A stretch of DNA of 64,000 nucleotides, taken from assembly GCF_044704955.1 (NCBI RefSeq), contig NW_027250725.1, positions 1-64,000 of the forward strand, given 5' to 3'. Source of the stretch: Pristiophorus japonicus (Eukaryota). The translations under genes and the position numbers were made by a program. Below the pieces are notes generated by a model. The model ran no database searches, had not been told where the DNA came from, and saw only the letters and a program-made list of their open reading frames with translations. Positions 51,073 to 64,000 of this stretch are shown piece by piece. Position 1 is the first letter of the stretch, and every line of letters begins with the position of its first letter.

Positions 51073-51853
51073 TAGAAACATAGAAACATAGAAAATAGGT
51101 GCAGGAGTAGGCCATTCGGCCCTTCTAGCCTGCACCGCCATTCAATGAGTTCATGGCTGAACATTCAACTTCAGTACCCCATTCCTGCTTTCTCGCCATA
51201 CCCCTTGATCCCCCTAGCAGTAAGGACCTCATCTAACTCCTTTTTGAATATATTTAGTGAATTGGCCTCAACAACTTTCTGTGGTAGAGAATTCCACAGG
51301 TTCACCACTCTCTGGGTGAAGAAGTTCCTCCGCATCTCGGTCCTAAATGGCTTACCCCTTATTCTTAGACTGTGACCCCTGGTTCTGGACTTCCCCAACA
51401 TTGGGAACATTCTTCCTGCATCTAACCTGTCTAACCCCGTCAGAATTTTATATGTTTCTATGAGGTCCCCTCTCATTCTTCTGAACTCCAGTGAATACAA
51501 GCCCAGTTGATCCAGTCTTTCTTGATAGGTCAGTCCCGCCATCCCGGGAATCAGTCTGGTGAACCTTCGCTGCACTCCCTCAATAGCAAGAATGTCCTTC
51601 CTCAGGTTAGGAGACCAAAACTGTACACAATACTCCAGGTGTGGCCTCACCAATGCCCTGTACAACTGTAGCAACACCTCCCTGCCCCTGTACTCAAATG
51701 CCCTTGCTATGAAGGCCAACATGCCATTTGCTTTCTTAACCGCCTGCTGCACCTGCATGCCAACCTTCAATGACTGATGTACCATGACACCCAGGTCTCT
51801 TTGCACCTCCCCTTTTCCTAATCTGTCACCATTCAGATAATAGTCTGTCTCTC
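51073..51853 (-). mobile_element. Young 5'-truncated CR1, present only in the right arm
   Basis: ORF 51171-51899; tail (tttctatg)n; absent near 1030. Confidence 0.85.
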
Positions 51854-53561
51854 TGTGGCACCTTATCGAATGTCTTCTGGAAATCCAAATACAATGCATC
51901 CACTGGTTCCCCTTTATCCACTTTGCTTGTTACATCCTCAAAGAATTCCAGCAAATTTGTCAAACATGATTTCCCTTTCATAAAGTCATGCTGACTCTGC
52001 TTGATTGAACTACGCTTTTCCAAATGTCCAGCTACTGCTTCCTTAATAATGGACTCCAGCATTTTCCCAACCACAGATGTTAGACTAACTGGTCTATAGT
52101 TTCCTGCTTTCTGTCTGCCTCCTTTTTTCAATAAGGGCGTTACATTTGCTGTGCGTGCTTTGGAGAGAGCGTTAAAAGGAGCGGCGACATCCAGAATACC
52201 AGATTTTGCCTCAATTCAACAACAGCAACCTGTATTTATATAGCGCCTTTAACGTAGTGAAACGTCCCAAGGCACTTCCCAGGAGTATTATGAGATACAA
52301 AATTTGACACCGAGTCACATAAGAAGAAATTAATGACGGTGACCAAAGAGGTATGTTTTAAGGAGCGTCTTGAAGGAGGAAAGAGAGTTAGATAGGCAGA
52401 GAGGTTTAGGGAGGGAGTTCCAGAGCTTGGGGTCTCGGTAACAGAAGGCACGGCCACCAATGGTTGAGCGATTACAATCAGGGATGCTCAGGAGGGCAGA
52501 ATTGGAGGAGCGCAGACATCTCGGGGGGTTGTGGGGCTGGAGGAGATTACAGAGATAGGGAGGGACGGGCCATGGAGGGATTTGAAAACAAGGATGAGAA
52601 TTTTAAAAAAAGAGGTGTTGCTTAACCGGAAGCCGATGTCAGTCTCTACCTTCCCCTCCCCACACCGAGCCATTCTCCCTCCACCCCCAAAAGTCGCTCC
52701 CCCACCTCCCTCCCTAGCCCTCCCTCACTCCCACCCTCCTGACACCACATTCCTCCCCCATCCCAACCCCCCTAATCCCTCACCCCAAACTCGCTCCCCA
52801 CCTTTCTGCCCCCCTACCTCACACACACCTCCTGCCCCCTCCCATTCCCTCCGCTCCTCTGGAGCCAGAGTAGGCCATTTTGCCGCTCGAGCCTGCTCCG
52901 CCATTCAATGAGATCATGGCTGATCTTCTAACTCAACTCCACTTTCCTGCACTGTCCCCATATCCCTCGATTCCCTTAATATTCAAAAATCTATCGATCT
53001 CCGTCTTGAATATACTCAAAGATTGAACCTCCACAGCCCTATGGGGCAGAAAATTCCAAAGATTCACCACCTTCTGAGTGAAGAAGTTTCTCCACATCTC
53101 AGTCCTAAATGTCCGACCCCTCATCCTGAGACTGTGACCTCTGGTTCTAGACTCCCCAGCCAGAGGAAATATCTGCCCTGCATCTACCCTGTCAAGCCCT
53201 GTCAGAACTTTGTATGTTTCAATGAGATCACCTCTCATTCTTTTAAACTCTAGAGAGTATAGGCCTTGGAACTTGCGGAACCAAGGCGGGTAGATGGAGT
53301 TCAGATACAGATGAGCCATGATCTGATTGAATGGGGGAACAGGCTCGAGGGGCTGAATGGTCTCCTCCTGTTCATTGTGTCCAGCAGCAGCTGTGTACCT
53401 CTCCGCAACCTCATCTTGACTTTTATCAGTCGCATCAGAGCCTTGATTCCCTCACCAGGGGGCTGGTGTTTCCAGATCAATGTCCAGCCGATCGATGCCA
53501 TGAGTCAGACTCAGTGAGTGCTGTCAGCGGGTGGAAAGGCTGCTCTAACTGCAGCCTTGTT

Positions 53562-54352
53562 CTAATGCATTTGGGGAGGGGCAAAAAGGCAAGGGAATAC
53601 ACAATAAATGGGAGGGTACTGAGAGGGGTGGAGGAATGGAGGGACCTTGGAGTGCATGTCCACAGATCCCTGAAGGTAGCAGGCCAGGTCGATAAGGTGC
53701 TTAAAAAGGCACTCAGAATACTTGCCTTTATTATCCGAAGCATAGAGTACAAGAGCAGGGAGGTTATGCTTGAACTGTAGAAAGTACTAGTTAGACCACA
53801 TTTAGAGTACTGCGTGCAGTTCTGGTCACCACATGACAGGAAAGATGTAATTGCACGAGAGAGGGTACAGAGGAGATTCACGAGGATGTTGCCGGGACTG
53901 AAGAATTTTAGTTATGAGGAAAGATTGGATCTGCTGGGGGTGTTTTCCTTGGAACAGAGGAGGCTGAGGGGAGACCCTATTGACGTGTATAAAATGATGA
54001 GGGGCCGAGATAGAGTTGATAGACTAGACCCATTTCCCTTAGCAGAGGGGTCAACAACCAGGGGGCATAGATGTAAAGTAATTGGTGGAAGGTTTAGAGG
54101 GGAGATGAGGAAACAATTCTTCACCCAGAGGGTGGTGGGGGTCTGGAACTCACTGCCTGAAAGGGTGGTAGAGGCAGAAACCCTCACCACATTTAAAAAG
54201 TACTTGGATGTGCACTTAAAGTGCCGTAACCCACAGGGCTACGGACCCACAGCTGGAAAGTGGGATGAGACTGGATAGCTCTTTGTTGGCCGGCGCGAAC
54301 ACGATGGGCCGAAATGGCCTCCTTCCGTGCTGTAATTTTCTGTGATTCTATG
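53562..54352 (+). mobile_element. CR1 3' fragment
   Basis: ORFs 53331-53780 (C-terminal part) and 53814-54278. Confidence 0.8.
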
Positions 54353-54779
54353 ATCGTGCTGGTGGTGGTGACCACTTTAAAAGTCGCAGCATACATTTTA
54401 TTGAAACTATTTCCATCCCCGGTTTCCCCGCTGCCAATAATTGGATCAATCGATGCTGTAGCGCCCCCTTGTGGTACATCTATATGGGCTCCACCCAAAC
54501 CCCTGCTTTCAACCCTTGAACCCACATACGCTAGCTGGAGCCATGCTCCTTAATCACAGCATCTCACAGCACAGAGGGAGGCCATTCGGCCCATCAAACC
54601 TGTGCTGGCTCTTTGAAAGAGCTGTGGACTACTATGGCCTGGATAAATGATCCAGAGACACGAGTTCAAATCCCACCACGACAGCTGGGGAATCTAAATT
54701 CAGTTAATTAAATAAATCTGGAATAAAAAGCTAGTATCAGTAATGGTGACCATGAAACTGACGGATTGTCGTAAAAACC

Positions 54780-57700
54780 CATCTACCTGGCCTGCTACCT
54801 TCAGGGATCTGTGGACATGCATACCAAGGTCCCTTTGTTTGTCTACACCTCTCAGTGTCCTACCATTTAATGTGTATTCTCTTGCCTTGTTAGACCTCTC
54901 CAAATGCATTACCTCACAGTTCTCTGGATTGAATTCCATTTGCCACTGTTCTGCCCACCTGACCAGTCCACTGATATCTTGCTGCAGTCTACAGCTTTCT
55001 TCCTCACTATCAATCGCACAGCCAATTTTTGTATCATCTGCAAACTTCTTAATCATACCCCCTACATTCAAGTCTAAATCATCGATATATACCACAAAAA
55101 GTAAGGGACCTAGTACTGAGCCCTGCGGAACCTCACTGGAAACAGCCTTCAGTCACAAAACACCCATCAAACATTACCCTTTGCTTCCTGCCTCTGAGCC
55201 AACTTTCCACTTTTCCCTGCATCCCATGGGCTTGTACTTTCGTGACCAGACTGCAATGTGTCACCTTATTGAAAGTCTTGCTAAAATCCATATACACTGC
55301 ATCAAACGCAGTAACCTCATCGACCCTCCTTATTACTTCCTCGATTAATTCAATTAAGTTAGTCAGACACGATCTTCCCTTAACAAATCCATGCTGACTG
55401 TTCTTGATTAATCCGTCTATCTAAATGAAGATTTATCCAGTCTCTCAGGATTTTCATCAATAATTTTCCCACCACTGAGGTTAGGCTGACTGACCTGTAA
55501 TTACTCGGTCTATCCCTTTCTCCCTTTTTAAACAAAGGTACAACATTAGCAGTCCTCCAGTCCTCCGGCACCACACCTGTAGCCAGAGAGGATTGGAAAA
55601 TGATGGTCAGACCCTCTGCTATTTTCTCTTTTGCTTCTCTTAACAGCCTGAGATACATTTAATCCGGCCTGGGGATTTATCCACTTTCAAAGCTGCTAAG
55701 CCCGTTAATACTTCCTCTCTCACTATGTTTATTTCATCTAATATTTCACACACCTCCTCCCTGATTACAATGTCTGCATTGCCCCTCTCTTTTGTGAAAA
55801 CAGATGCAAAGTATCCATTAAGAACCATATCCACATCTTCTGCCTCCACACACAGATTACCTTTATAGTCTCTAATAGGCCCTACTCTATCTTTAATTAT
55901 CCTCCTGCTCTTTATGTATTTATAAAACATCTTCGGGTTTCCCTTGATTTTACTTGCCAAAATGTTTTCATGCTCTCTCTTTGCTTTCCTAATTTCCTTT
56001 TTAATTGCACCCCTGCACTTTCTATACCCCTCTAAAGTTCCTGCAGTATTGAGCCCTCGGTATCTGTCATAAGCCTCCCTTTTTTACTTTATCCTACACT
56101 GTATTTCACTTGACATTCAGGGCCGCTAGATTTATTAGCCCCACCCTTTTTCTTTAAGGGAACAGACTTACTCTGAAACCACAGGATTTCCTCCTTGAAT
56201 GCCTCCCACTGCTCTGACACTGATTTACCTTCAAGTAGCCGTTTCCAGTCCACTTTGGCCAAATCTCATCTCAGCTCAGCAAAATTGGCTTTTCCCCAAT
56301 TGAGAACTTTTATTTCTGGTCTATCTTTGTGCTTTTCCATAACTACACTAAATCTAACTGAATTATGATCACTGGCACCAAAATAATCTCCCACTGATAC
56401 CCCTTCCACCTGCCCCTCTTCATTCCCCAAAACCAAGTCCAGAACCGTCCCCTCCCTTGTTGGGCTTGTTACATATTGGCTAAAAAAGTTCTCCTGAATG
56501 CATTTTAGGAATTCCGCACCCTCTATACCTTTCACACTAATTTTATCCCAGTTAATATTCGGGTAGTTGAAATCCCCTACTATTACTGCCCTATAGTTTT
56601 TGCACTTTTCACAAATGTGCCTACATATTTGCTCTTCTCTCTCCCTCTGACTGTTTGGGGGTCTATAGTACACTCCCAGCAGTGTGATTACCCCTTTTTC
56701 GTTCTTCAATTCGACCTATATGGCCTCATTTGATGATCCTTCCGACATATCATCCCTCCTCACAGCTGTAATTGTTTCTTTCAATTGTTTCAGAATTGCG
56801 ACCCCCTCCTTTTTTACCCTCTCTATCCCGTCTGAAAACCCTGTAACCAGGAATGTTGAGCTGCTATACCTGTCCTTCTTTCAGCCATGTCTCAGTAATA
56901 GCTATAATATCGTACTCCCAAATGTCTATCTGTGCTCTCAGCTCATCTGCCTTATTCCCTATACTCCATGCATTGAAGTATATACCATTTAGCACTGCCA
57001 AACTGCCTTGTTGTCTAATTTTTAGGCTTTGTTTCCTCTGTCTTCCAAAATCACTTTCTGTTGTTCTGCTTTCGAATTCCAGCTTTGCTTCTCTCCCCAC
57101 TGAATCCATTCTCAGGTTCCCATCATCCTGCCAAGCTAGTTTCAACCGTCCCCAAAAGCAATAACAACACCCCCCACAAGGATATTGGTCCCGGCTCTGT
57201 TGAGGTGCAACCCATCCATCTTGTACAGGTCCCACCTCACCCAGAAATGGTCCCAATGCCTCAGCAAACTAAAGCCCTCCCTCCTGCACCATCTCTCCAG
57301 CCACGTATTCATCTGCTCTGTGCTTCTATTTCTGTAGTCTCTGGTGTGAGCTCAAAATAAAGTGTGACATTGGTCTTTTATTGCAGGTCTCCAGAGTGCC
57401 TCCCCAACCTGTGAAGCCTCCTTAAATACCTGTGCTCCCAAGGGATTATGGGATCCCTTGGGACTCCAGGGGATCAGCCCTCTGGAGGCTGTACAGAGTA
57501 AATACAAGTCCACATATATAACAACTAGCACGTGGCACCGGCAGTAATACGGAGATTACGACCTTTGAGGTCTTGCTTTTTTATCTGTCTCCTTGCTCCC
57601 TAATCTCTGCCTGTAGGATCTCATCCCTCTTGCTGCCTATGTCATTGGTACCAATATGGACCACAAGCATTGGCTGTTCACCCTCCCCCCTCAGAATGTA

Positions 57701-58300
57701 CTGCAGCCACTCAGTGACATCCTTGACCCTGGCACCAGGCAGGCAACATACCATCCTGAAGTCACATCTGTGGCCACAGAAATGCCTGTCTGTTCCCCTA
57801 ACTATCGAATCCCCTACCACTATTGCTCTTCCATTCTTCTTCCTCCCCCCTGTGCAGCTGAGCCACCTGTGGTGCCGTGGACTTGGCTCTGGCTGCACTT
57901 CCGAGAGGAACCATCACCCCCACCAGCACTCAGAACAGAATATTGGTTGGCGATGGAGTTGGACTCAGGGGACTCCTGCACTACCTGCCTGGACCTCCTC
58001 TTCTGTCTGGTGGTCACCCATTCCCTCTCTGCCTGCACAATCTTAAGCTGCAGGGTGACCACCTCTAGAAACGTGTTATCTACGAAGTTCTCAGCCTCGC
58101 GGATGCACCGCAGTGACTCCAGCCGCCGCTCAATCTCCGAAACGCGGAGCTCGAGTTGCTGTAGCTGGTGACACTTCCTGCTCATGTGATCATCCAGGCC
58201 ACGAGAAGTGTCCAGGACTTCCCACATGGCACAGGATGTGCTTCCACGGGACAGAATTGCTCTGCCATGCCTCTATTTAATAGACTGAGAACTAACTGAA
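54780..58300 (-). mobile_element. Near full-length degenerate CR1 including ORF1 (leucine zipper plus SGNH esterase) and ORF2
   Basis: ORF1 LQQLELRVSEIE, VVGDSIVRG, CCLPGARV, VHIGTND; ORF2 AITETW, YRPP, GDFN, SDH, FADDTK. Confidence 0.88.
57345..57523 (-). mobile_element. Small solo LTR (about 179 bp) inserted in CR1 ORF1
   Basis: TG..CA ends; degenerate 5-bp TSD (tctgg/actag); AATAAA on the - strand. Confidence 0.65.
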
Positions 58301-58436
58301 CAGAAATAAACTTAAAAGTATAAAAAAGTAAATAACGGCCTGGACTACATCATTCAGGCCATAATTTCGGGATTTGTTCACCCCACTGAGGGCAAACACC
58401 GTCGATGGGCCATTAATGGGCCTTAAGTTTTCAACT

Positions 58437-59366
58437 CAGTCAGCTGTGGCTCAATGGGCAGCACACTCACCTGAGCCCGAAGGTTGTGGGTTCAAGTCCC
58501 ACTCCAGAGACTAAGCTCAGAAATCTAGACTGACAGTCCCAGTGCAGTACTGAGGGAGTGCCGCACTGTTGGAGGGGCCGTCTTTCAGGCGAGAGGTTAA
58601 ACCGAGGCCCCTCTGCTCTCTCAGGTGGGCGTTAATGATCCCATTCCACTGTTTTGAAGAAGAGCAGGGCAGTTCTCCCCAGTGTCCTGGTCAATATCTA
58701 TCCCTCAATCAACATCAAAATCAGATTGAGGACGAAATTCCTGCGCTGTGCACCTGCATTACTGCCTCTGGGGGGCGCTAATGGGGTGTGACAATGTTTT
58801 CCCTGGGGAGGTGGGGGGCGTGGCTCCCGGCTCCCTCGGAGATTTAGCAGAGAAGCGAAATGGATAGCGCTCCGTGAGTTGTGTCCGCGCCAGGCCTACG
58901 GGTCAAGAACCGGGCCGCACTTCGCTCGCGGAGTGAAACTTACCGGGAGCCGCGCGCCGCCGCGCCACGCCATTTGTTTTTGCCGACTTACCGGTCGGGC
59001 CTTTCTGTGCCGATGTGGTGGGGTCGGTGCCATGAAGGTGCAGCTTGACATTCGCCCACGAGCCCACCCCCAGGGGAAGTGCTGCGCACCACATTGCGCT
59101 CCACTTCCTGTCAGGGGCCGTGACCCCAATTTCGCTTCCAGGGCGGGACTTCGGTGTGGGAAAAGCTACCGCCATAACCGGGGCGATACGCAATTTGGGC
59201 CCATTATCTGGTCATAGTCACATGTGGGAGCTTAGTGTTCACAAACTGTCTGTCGTGTTTCGTCCATTACCGCAGTGACAACACTGCAAAAGTACTTAAT
59301 TGGCTGTAAAGCGCTTTGGGATGTCCTGACATGGTGAAAGGCGCTATATAAATGCAAGTCTTTCTT
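58437..59366 (+). mobile_element. HE1-like SINE interrupted by a MITE
   Basis: Head tcagctgtggctcaatgg..ggttcaagtccc; the body resumes at attatctggtc after the insertion. Confidence 0.75.
58728..59202. mobile_element. CpG-rich PIF/Harbinger-type MITE
   Basis: 3-bp TSD ATT (58725-58727 and 59203-59205); imperfect TIRs GAGGACGAAATT / AATTTGGGCCC. Confidence 0.7.
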
Positions 59367-60786
59367 TCCAATTGAGCTCCACATCTTTGAAACCCAAACC
59401 CGCGGACAGTGACGGACAGGTAAAGACCCTGTGGTCCATCCAGCCCGTCCCACACAATTGTGATACCTTGTGTATCACAGTATAGACTCTCCACCCCACC
59501 CAAAGCTACCTGATCTCCTGGGAGAGGCGAAAAACCAGCTAAAAAACCCATTGGGGGAAATAAATCTGGGAAACTCCTCTCCGACCCCCGCCCCCCGCCC
59601 GAGGCGATGGAAACTAGTCCAGGAGGTCACTGTGGCCCTGGATTCTCTGCAGTAACTACCTTCTGTAAGTGGTGATCTCCGCACCGGCCACAAACAGGTC
59701 CTGCTCTCGCTTATGTACAGCTCATGGATTTAAAATTACAAGTTTTCCCCACAGTGTCAAGTGCTGCAAATACTGTGTTACATTATCAGGGTTATATTCT
59801 CACTGTCTGTCATTGTCACAACACTCGCTATATAAATGCAAGTTGTTGTTGTGTTCAGGGGCTGCTGTATCTGGCTCAGGCTTCTTATCCATCCCCCCTT
59901 CCCTTCCCCCTCCATTGGGGGCCGTGCCTTCAGCTGCCTGGGCCCGAACTCCCTGCTCCCTAAACCTCTCTGCCACTCCACCCCTCTCCTCTTTTAAGAC
60001 CTCCCTTCAAACCCAATCTGTGACTGAGGGCTTTGATCACCCTCCCAGCCCCTCCCCCTTTGGCTCAGCACCACTTTGACCAGATTACGCCTCTGTCAGC
60101 TGCCTCGGGATGTTGCTCTAAAGTTCCAGTTGCTATAGCAATGCAGGTTGTTGCTGCTGTACCTGGTGGCAGAGCGTCTCTGTGTGGATATACCCCGTGC
60201 ACCGAGCTCCGCAGTGAGGCCTCCCACAGTGGAATGGCCTGCCAATGCTCGCTGCAGTGCGGAGTGGCTGCTGACTGGCCAATCGGTCTGAGACACCGCC
60301 TCACGAGCGCACGAGGAGATACACGCTGAGATCCACCATCAAATGACACGTGGGGAACTGGAAATGATTCTGCAAACCTGACTGGAGGTTTGGAACAAAC
60401 GGGTTTTACAAACCAATCAATTGAGTGACACAGAAATTGTCAAAAAATTTGGTCTTCTCAGAAGCAACATCGCCCCCTTTTGGTATGAAGACAGCACTGC
60501 CAATTTCCCTCACAATTTGACTGAGCTGCAATTTTCAATGTCTCCTGACGTGGCTCACTGTCAATCTTTATTCTATAAGTCTCCTGTAAAGCGCTCGGGG
60601 AGTTTTACTGTGTTAAAGGTGCTGTATAAAAGTTGCTGTTGTTGTTTGTTCTGAGTTAGCAGTTCCAACTGAGGTCGGGATATGACTCACAGCTCAGACT
60701 GTGCGGCATCCAGTGATGCAATATTGTATCGTGGGTTCAAGCCCCACTCCAGGGACCTGAATGCAAACTAAAGACATACACTACTG

Positions 60787-61327
60787 TGCAGTCCTGAGGG
60801 AGTGCTGCACTGTCAGAGGGGCAGTACTGAGGGGGTGCTGCACTGTCAGAGGTGCAGTACTGAGGGAGTGCCACTTTGTCAGAGGGGCAATACTGAGGGA
60901 GTGCTGCACTGTCACAGGTGCAATACTGAGGGAGTGCTGCAATGTTAGAGGGGCAATACTGAGGGAGTGCTGCACTGTCAGAGGTGCAGTACTGAGGGAG
61001 TGCCACATTGTCAGATTGGCAGTATTGAGTGAATGCTACACTGTCAGACGGGCAATACTGAGGGAGTGCTGAACTGTCAGAGGGGCAGTACTGAGGGAGT
61101 GCTGCACTGTCGGAGGGGCAGTACTGAGGGAGTGCCACACTGTCGGAGGGGCAGTACTGAGGGATTGCCGCACTGTTGGAAGGGCAGTACCGAGGGAGTG
61201 CCGCATTGTCAGAGGGGCAGTATTGAGGGAATGCTACACTGTCAGACGGGCAGTACTGAGGGAGTGCTGCACTGTCCGAGGGGCAGTACTGAGGGAGCGC
61301 TGCACTGTCGGAGGGGCAGTACTGAGA
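60787..61327. repeat. 33-bp SINE-derived tandem array (about 16 copies)
   Basis: Unit gcagtactgagggagtgctgcactgtcagaggg equals the SINE core and follows a SINE head at about 60735. Confidence 0.9.
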
Positions 61328-61400
61328 GGTTGCCTATAGGTGGTTTTCTCGGGCGTACCAAAAACGCACCTCCTACTACAAGTTCTGGACGATAGGATTA

Positions 61401-63257
61401 TATGGACAGATCAGACTCGGACACACATTTTTTGGGCTGAACCGTATTAGTGTTTAATAATATTAACAACACCACTCATAAACAGTGCAAAACAGTACAA
61501 CCCTGGCTTGTCCAATAAGCCGTGCCGTGCTAAGTTACCACGGCTTAATAAATGAACACTGCCGTGAAATAAACTAACACAGGATCCCCCCAGCACTAAA
61601 CCCCTTGGGTTTGGTTGGGACTTACAATCACCCCCTCACACAGCTAAGTGGTCTTGTGGATGTGTAGGCGCAGGCAATATGCTCACCCTGATTGCCCGTT
61701 GTCTTGCTTGCAGCTTCTTCCTGAACGTCTCACTCCTGGGCTTTTTCCTGGGCTTTTTCCTGAGCTTTTTCCTGGGCTTTTTCCGGAGCTTTCTTCTTCC
61801 TGAGCTGGAGCTTGTTGCAAAGTGGCTCCTTATATCCCCAAAACCCATCACCTTTCCTCCCACCAATACTGACCGATGGATTGACTCCAGTGATCTGTCT
61901 GGACTCCCCACCCTGTGGCCTGGAATGGCTCGTAGTCTTTGAAATCTTTGTGAAAAATGATGTTTTGTTTTCCCGCTCCCAGGCCTTGCGTCTGGAGAGA
62001 CAATGGGTGCTGATTACTGGATGTCTGTCGTTTCCTGAGTTGATGGCCCCCATTAGCCCGTAATGGGTTTCGATCACAAACCGATCTTGCTTAACCGGCT
62101 TATCTCCTGGAAGACAATGGGCCGGCCATTTCCTGCCTTGCACCAGTTTGGGTTGGGACTGAGTGGTGACTGTGCTTTAATAATGCAAAGGCACAGTGTC
62201 TCTGAGTTACCTCTCGGGATATTGTTCCCAGGAATCACTTTAGATGGTGATGACATCAATGGGCCTGGGTTCCCTGCCACCCAGCCTGTCAGTGTGAAAT
62301 GTCCGGTTGTATATGAATGCACCTCAGTGTCACCCCGACAAGCTCGCCAAACAGTACAGATCTTTCTTGGGGATTTGGATTTAAGGATTTAAAATATTGT
62401 TGATAGAAATGGCCAGAACACTGGTGCTACAATCCCCCTGATGATATTTTGTCACCAAAACCGGAAATATCTGGAATTCCGTCATCTTCTGCTGCGGGAG
62501 GTGCATTGTGGGTCCATAACTGATCAATTACACCCGGGCTCCCGTTTCTTCTGATTTCCTGATTAAGACAAACAGATACAGCACCACCATTTTGTGAGCG
62601 GTTTTTCCCTCCACAGGTTGGGCTTTCGTTATTTACATATATATTCCGTTCGTTCTGCGTTATCGAGTGCCCCCAATTAAAATCTTGCGGCTCGCGGCCG
62701 GTGAGTAAGGAGGTGTCCACAGCGCCCTAAGCCGTGGTATCCGACTGTTTCTCCTTACTGCCCCGCCCTCTGGGTCATCATCATCATCCTACACCATGGG
62801 AGGAAGACCCGCGTCCACCAGGCTCATTATCATGCCCTGGTTTCTTCTTTGCCTTTGTCTTCACCCCCTTGGGGTTAAACAACTTGCACTGGTTGATGTG
62901 ACAGCATTTTGTGCGGTTCGGGAGTCTGACTGCATATACCATGGGGCTGGCCTTATCTACGATGTTATAAGGCCCCATGTACAGTGGCTCGAATGCCCCC
63001 ACTCGGGCACAGTTCCTGACCATTACCTGGTCTCCCACCTTCCACTCGTGGCTTCTCCGGGACTCGAGCAACAACCAATGTTTCCCGGTGCTGGCTCCCC
63101 AGGTTACTGGCTGCCTGCCAGTGAATCTGTTTTAAAACCTCAAACAGATTCTGGACAAACCTGTCCCGGTTTACCTCCCTGACCTGAGCTTCTGTGAGGA
63201 CTGGCACCAACACATGGGTTGGGTGCACATAACCCTCCCGGTGATGACCTCATGTGG
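61401..63257 (-). mobile_element. 3' part of a second retrovirus-like element related to 3999-13635
   Basis: IN C-terminus EWKVGDQVMVRN..FEPLYMGPY..HINQCKL; PPT-like GAGGGGG at 61631-61637; probable short 3' LTR at 61401-61626. Confidence 0.75.
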
Positions 63258-64000
63258 TGTAGGGTGTTGGTTTCCCACTCTACTCTGATTCATAGACCTC
63301 GGGAATTACAGGAAGTACCACACATAAAGCAAAGTTTAGAATAAAATCCAACTGTTTGTTTATTACACAAAAAAAACCTAAAAAGTACGGAACAAGACTT
63401 CTTAGAGATTGACCGAAGACATACAATCACCCATCCAGCCTGTTGTTGCTGTTGTCGATTGTCGGCTCTTAGAGCGAGGGAAGGTGTTGGGTCCCCGCTG
63501 CTGCTTCGTGGCCGTTGTTCATTGACCTGCTGGTCTGAGGTGTTTCTTCGACCTGTTGTTCCTCTCTCTGAGCTCTTGTTCTCAGCTCTTACAGATATAT
63601 CCATTCAATATCCATTCAATTCTACACATCTCCTGCTGGGCTGCCTTTCTGTTAATGCATCTGGTTGAGTCTCGATGGCTGTGATGATGGGTCTGGATCT
63701 AGTCGGATGACCACAATTCACACACAGAATCGACAGGGCAAAAGATAACTCCTTATCTTTTGTGCCCCGTTATCCAAGAATGCACGCCTTGTGGGATCCT
63801 TTGATGTCCTGGGTTTTCACAGACTTGGAATCTCCAGAGGGACTGATTTTCCCCTCTGGCCAATTAATCCATGGGCTCCATTGCTTGATTGTATCAACCT
63901 GTTGTTATAGACACTCAAAGCCTTTTGATGCTTGTCACTGACCCACGACGGTACGTGGCCTTGTTTTAAATCCTCTAAATTACTGCATCCTTAATTTAGC
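63258..64000 (-). mobile_element. LTR of the 34055-34869 family nested in the integrase of the second element; runs off the window
   Basis: Homologous to 34869-34243 up to about 63897; interrupts ..PHEVITGRVM. Confidence 0.8.

Larger units (their letters stand above)
1..53080. repeat. Head-to-head inverted segmental duplication of an IgL cluster
   Basis: 1-17245 pairs with 53080-41599 and 17244-20772 pairs with 32960-31030, sharing unique sequence and repeat junctions. Confidence 0.88.

Noticed and set aside
60737-61395. Repetitive ORFs (ALPQYCPSDSA) as proteins
   Set aside because: Translation of a 33-bp SINE-derived tandem repeat.

Overview
Repeat-rich cartilaginous-fish (shark-type) genomic DNA containing an immunoglobulin light-chain locus of the kappa/type III (NS4-like) class in cluster organisation. 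One complete germline, unjoined cluster lies on the + strand: leader 36213-36261, V 36449-36747 with 12-RSS, J 38251-38285 with 23-RSS, and C 46190-46518. A second, orphan C exon lies on the - strand (2663-2991) and has an in-frame TGA. The two belong to a head-to-head inverted segmental duplication (left arm 1-20772, spacer about 20773-31029, right arm 31030-53080). The left arm has lost the ~8.6 kb carrying V and J. It has also gained a 9.6-kb LTR element (3999-13635, TSD AATT, empty site visible in the right arm). That element has retrovirus-type rather than classical Gypsy features: LPQGFHNSP/YVDD RT, a degenerate tether plus a second RNase H, a CCHC gag and an in-frame UGA-CUAG gag-pol junction, but no env. 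A related element with a nested LTR sits at the right edge of the window. The remainder is nested CR1, L2, RTE and Tx1 LINE fragments, tRNA-derived SINEs, solo LTRs, Harbinger-type DNA elements and minisatellites. Boundaries of degraded repeats are approximate, and identity figures are manual estimates.
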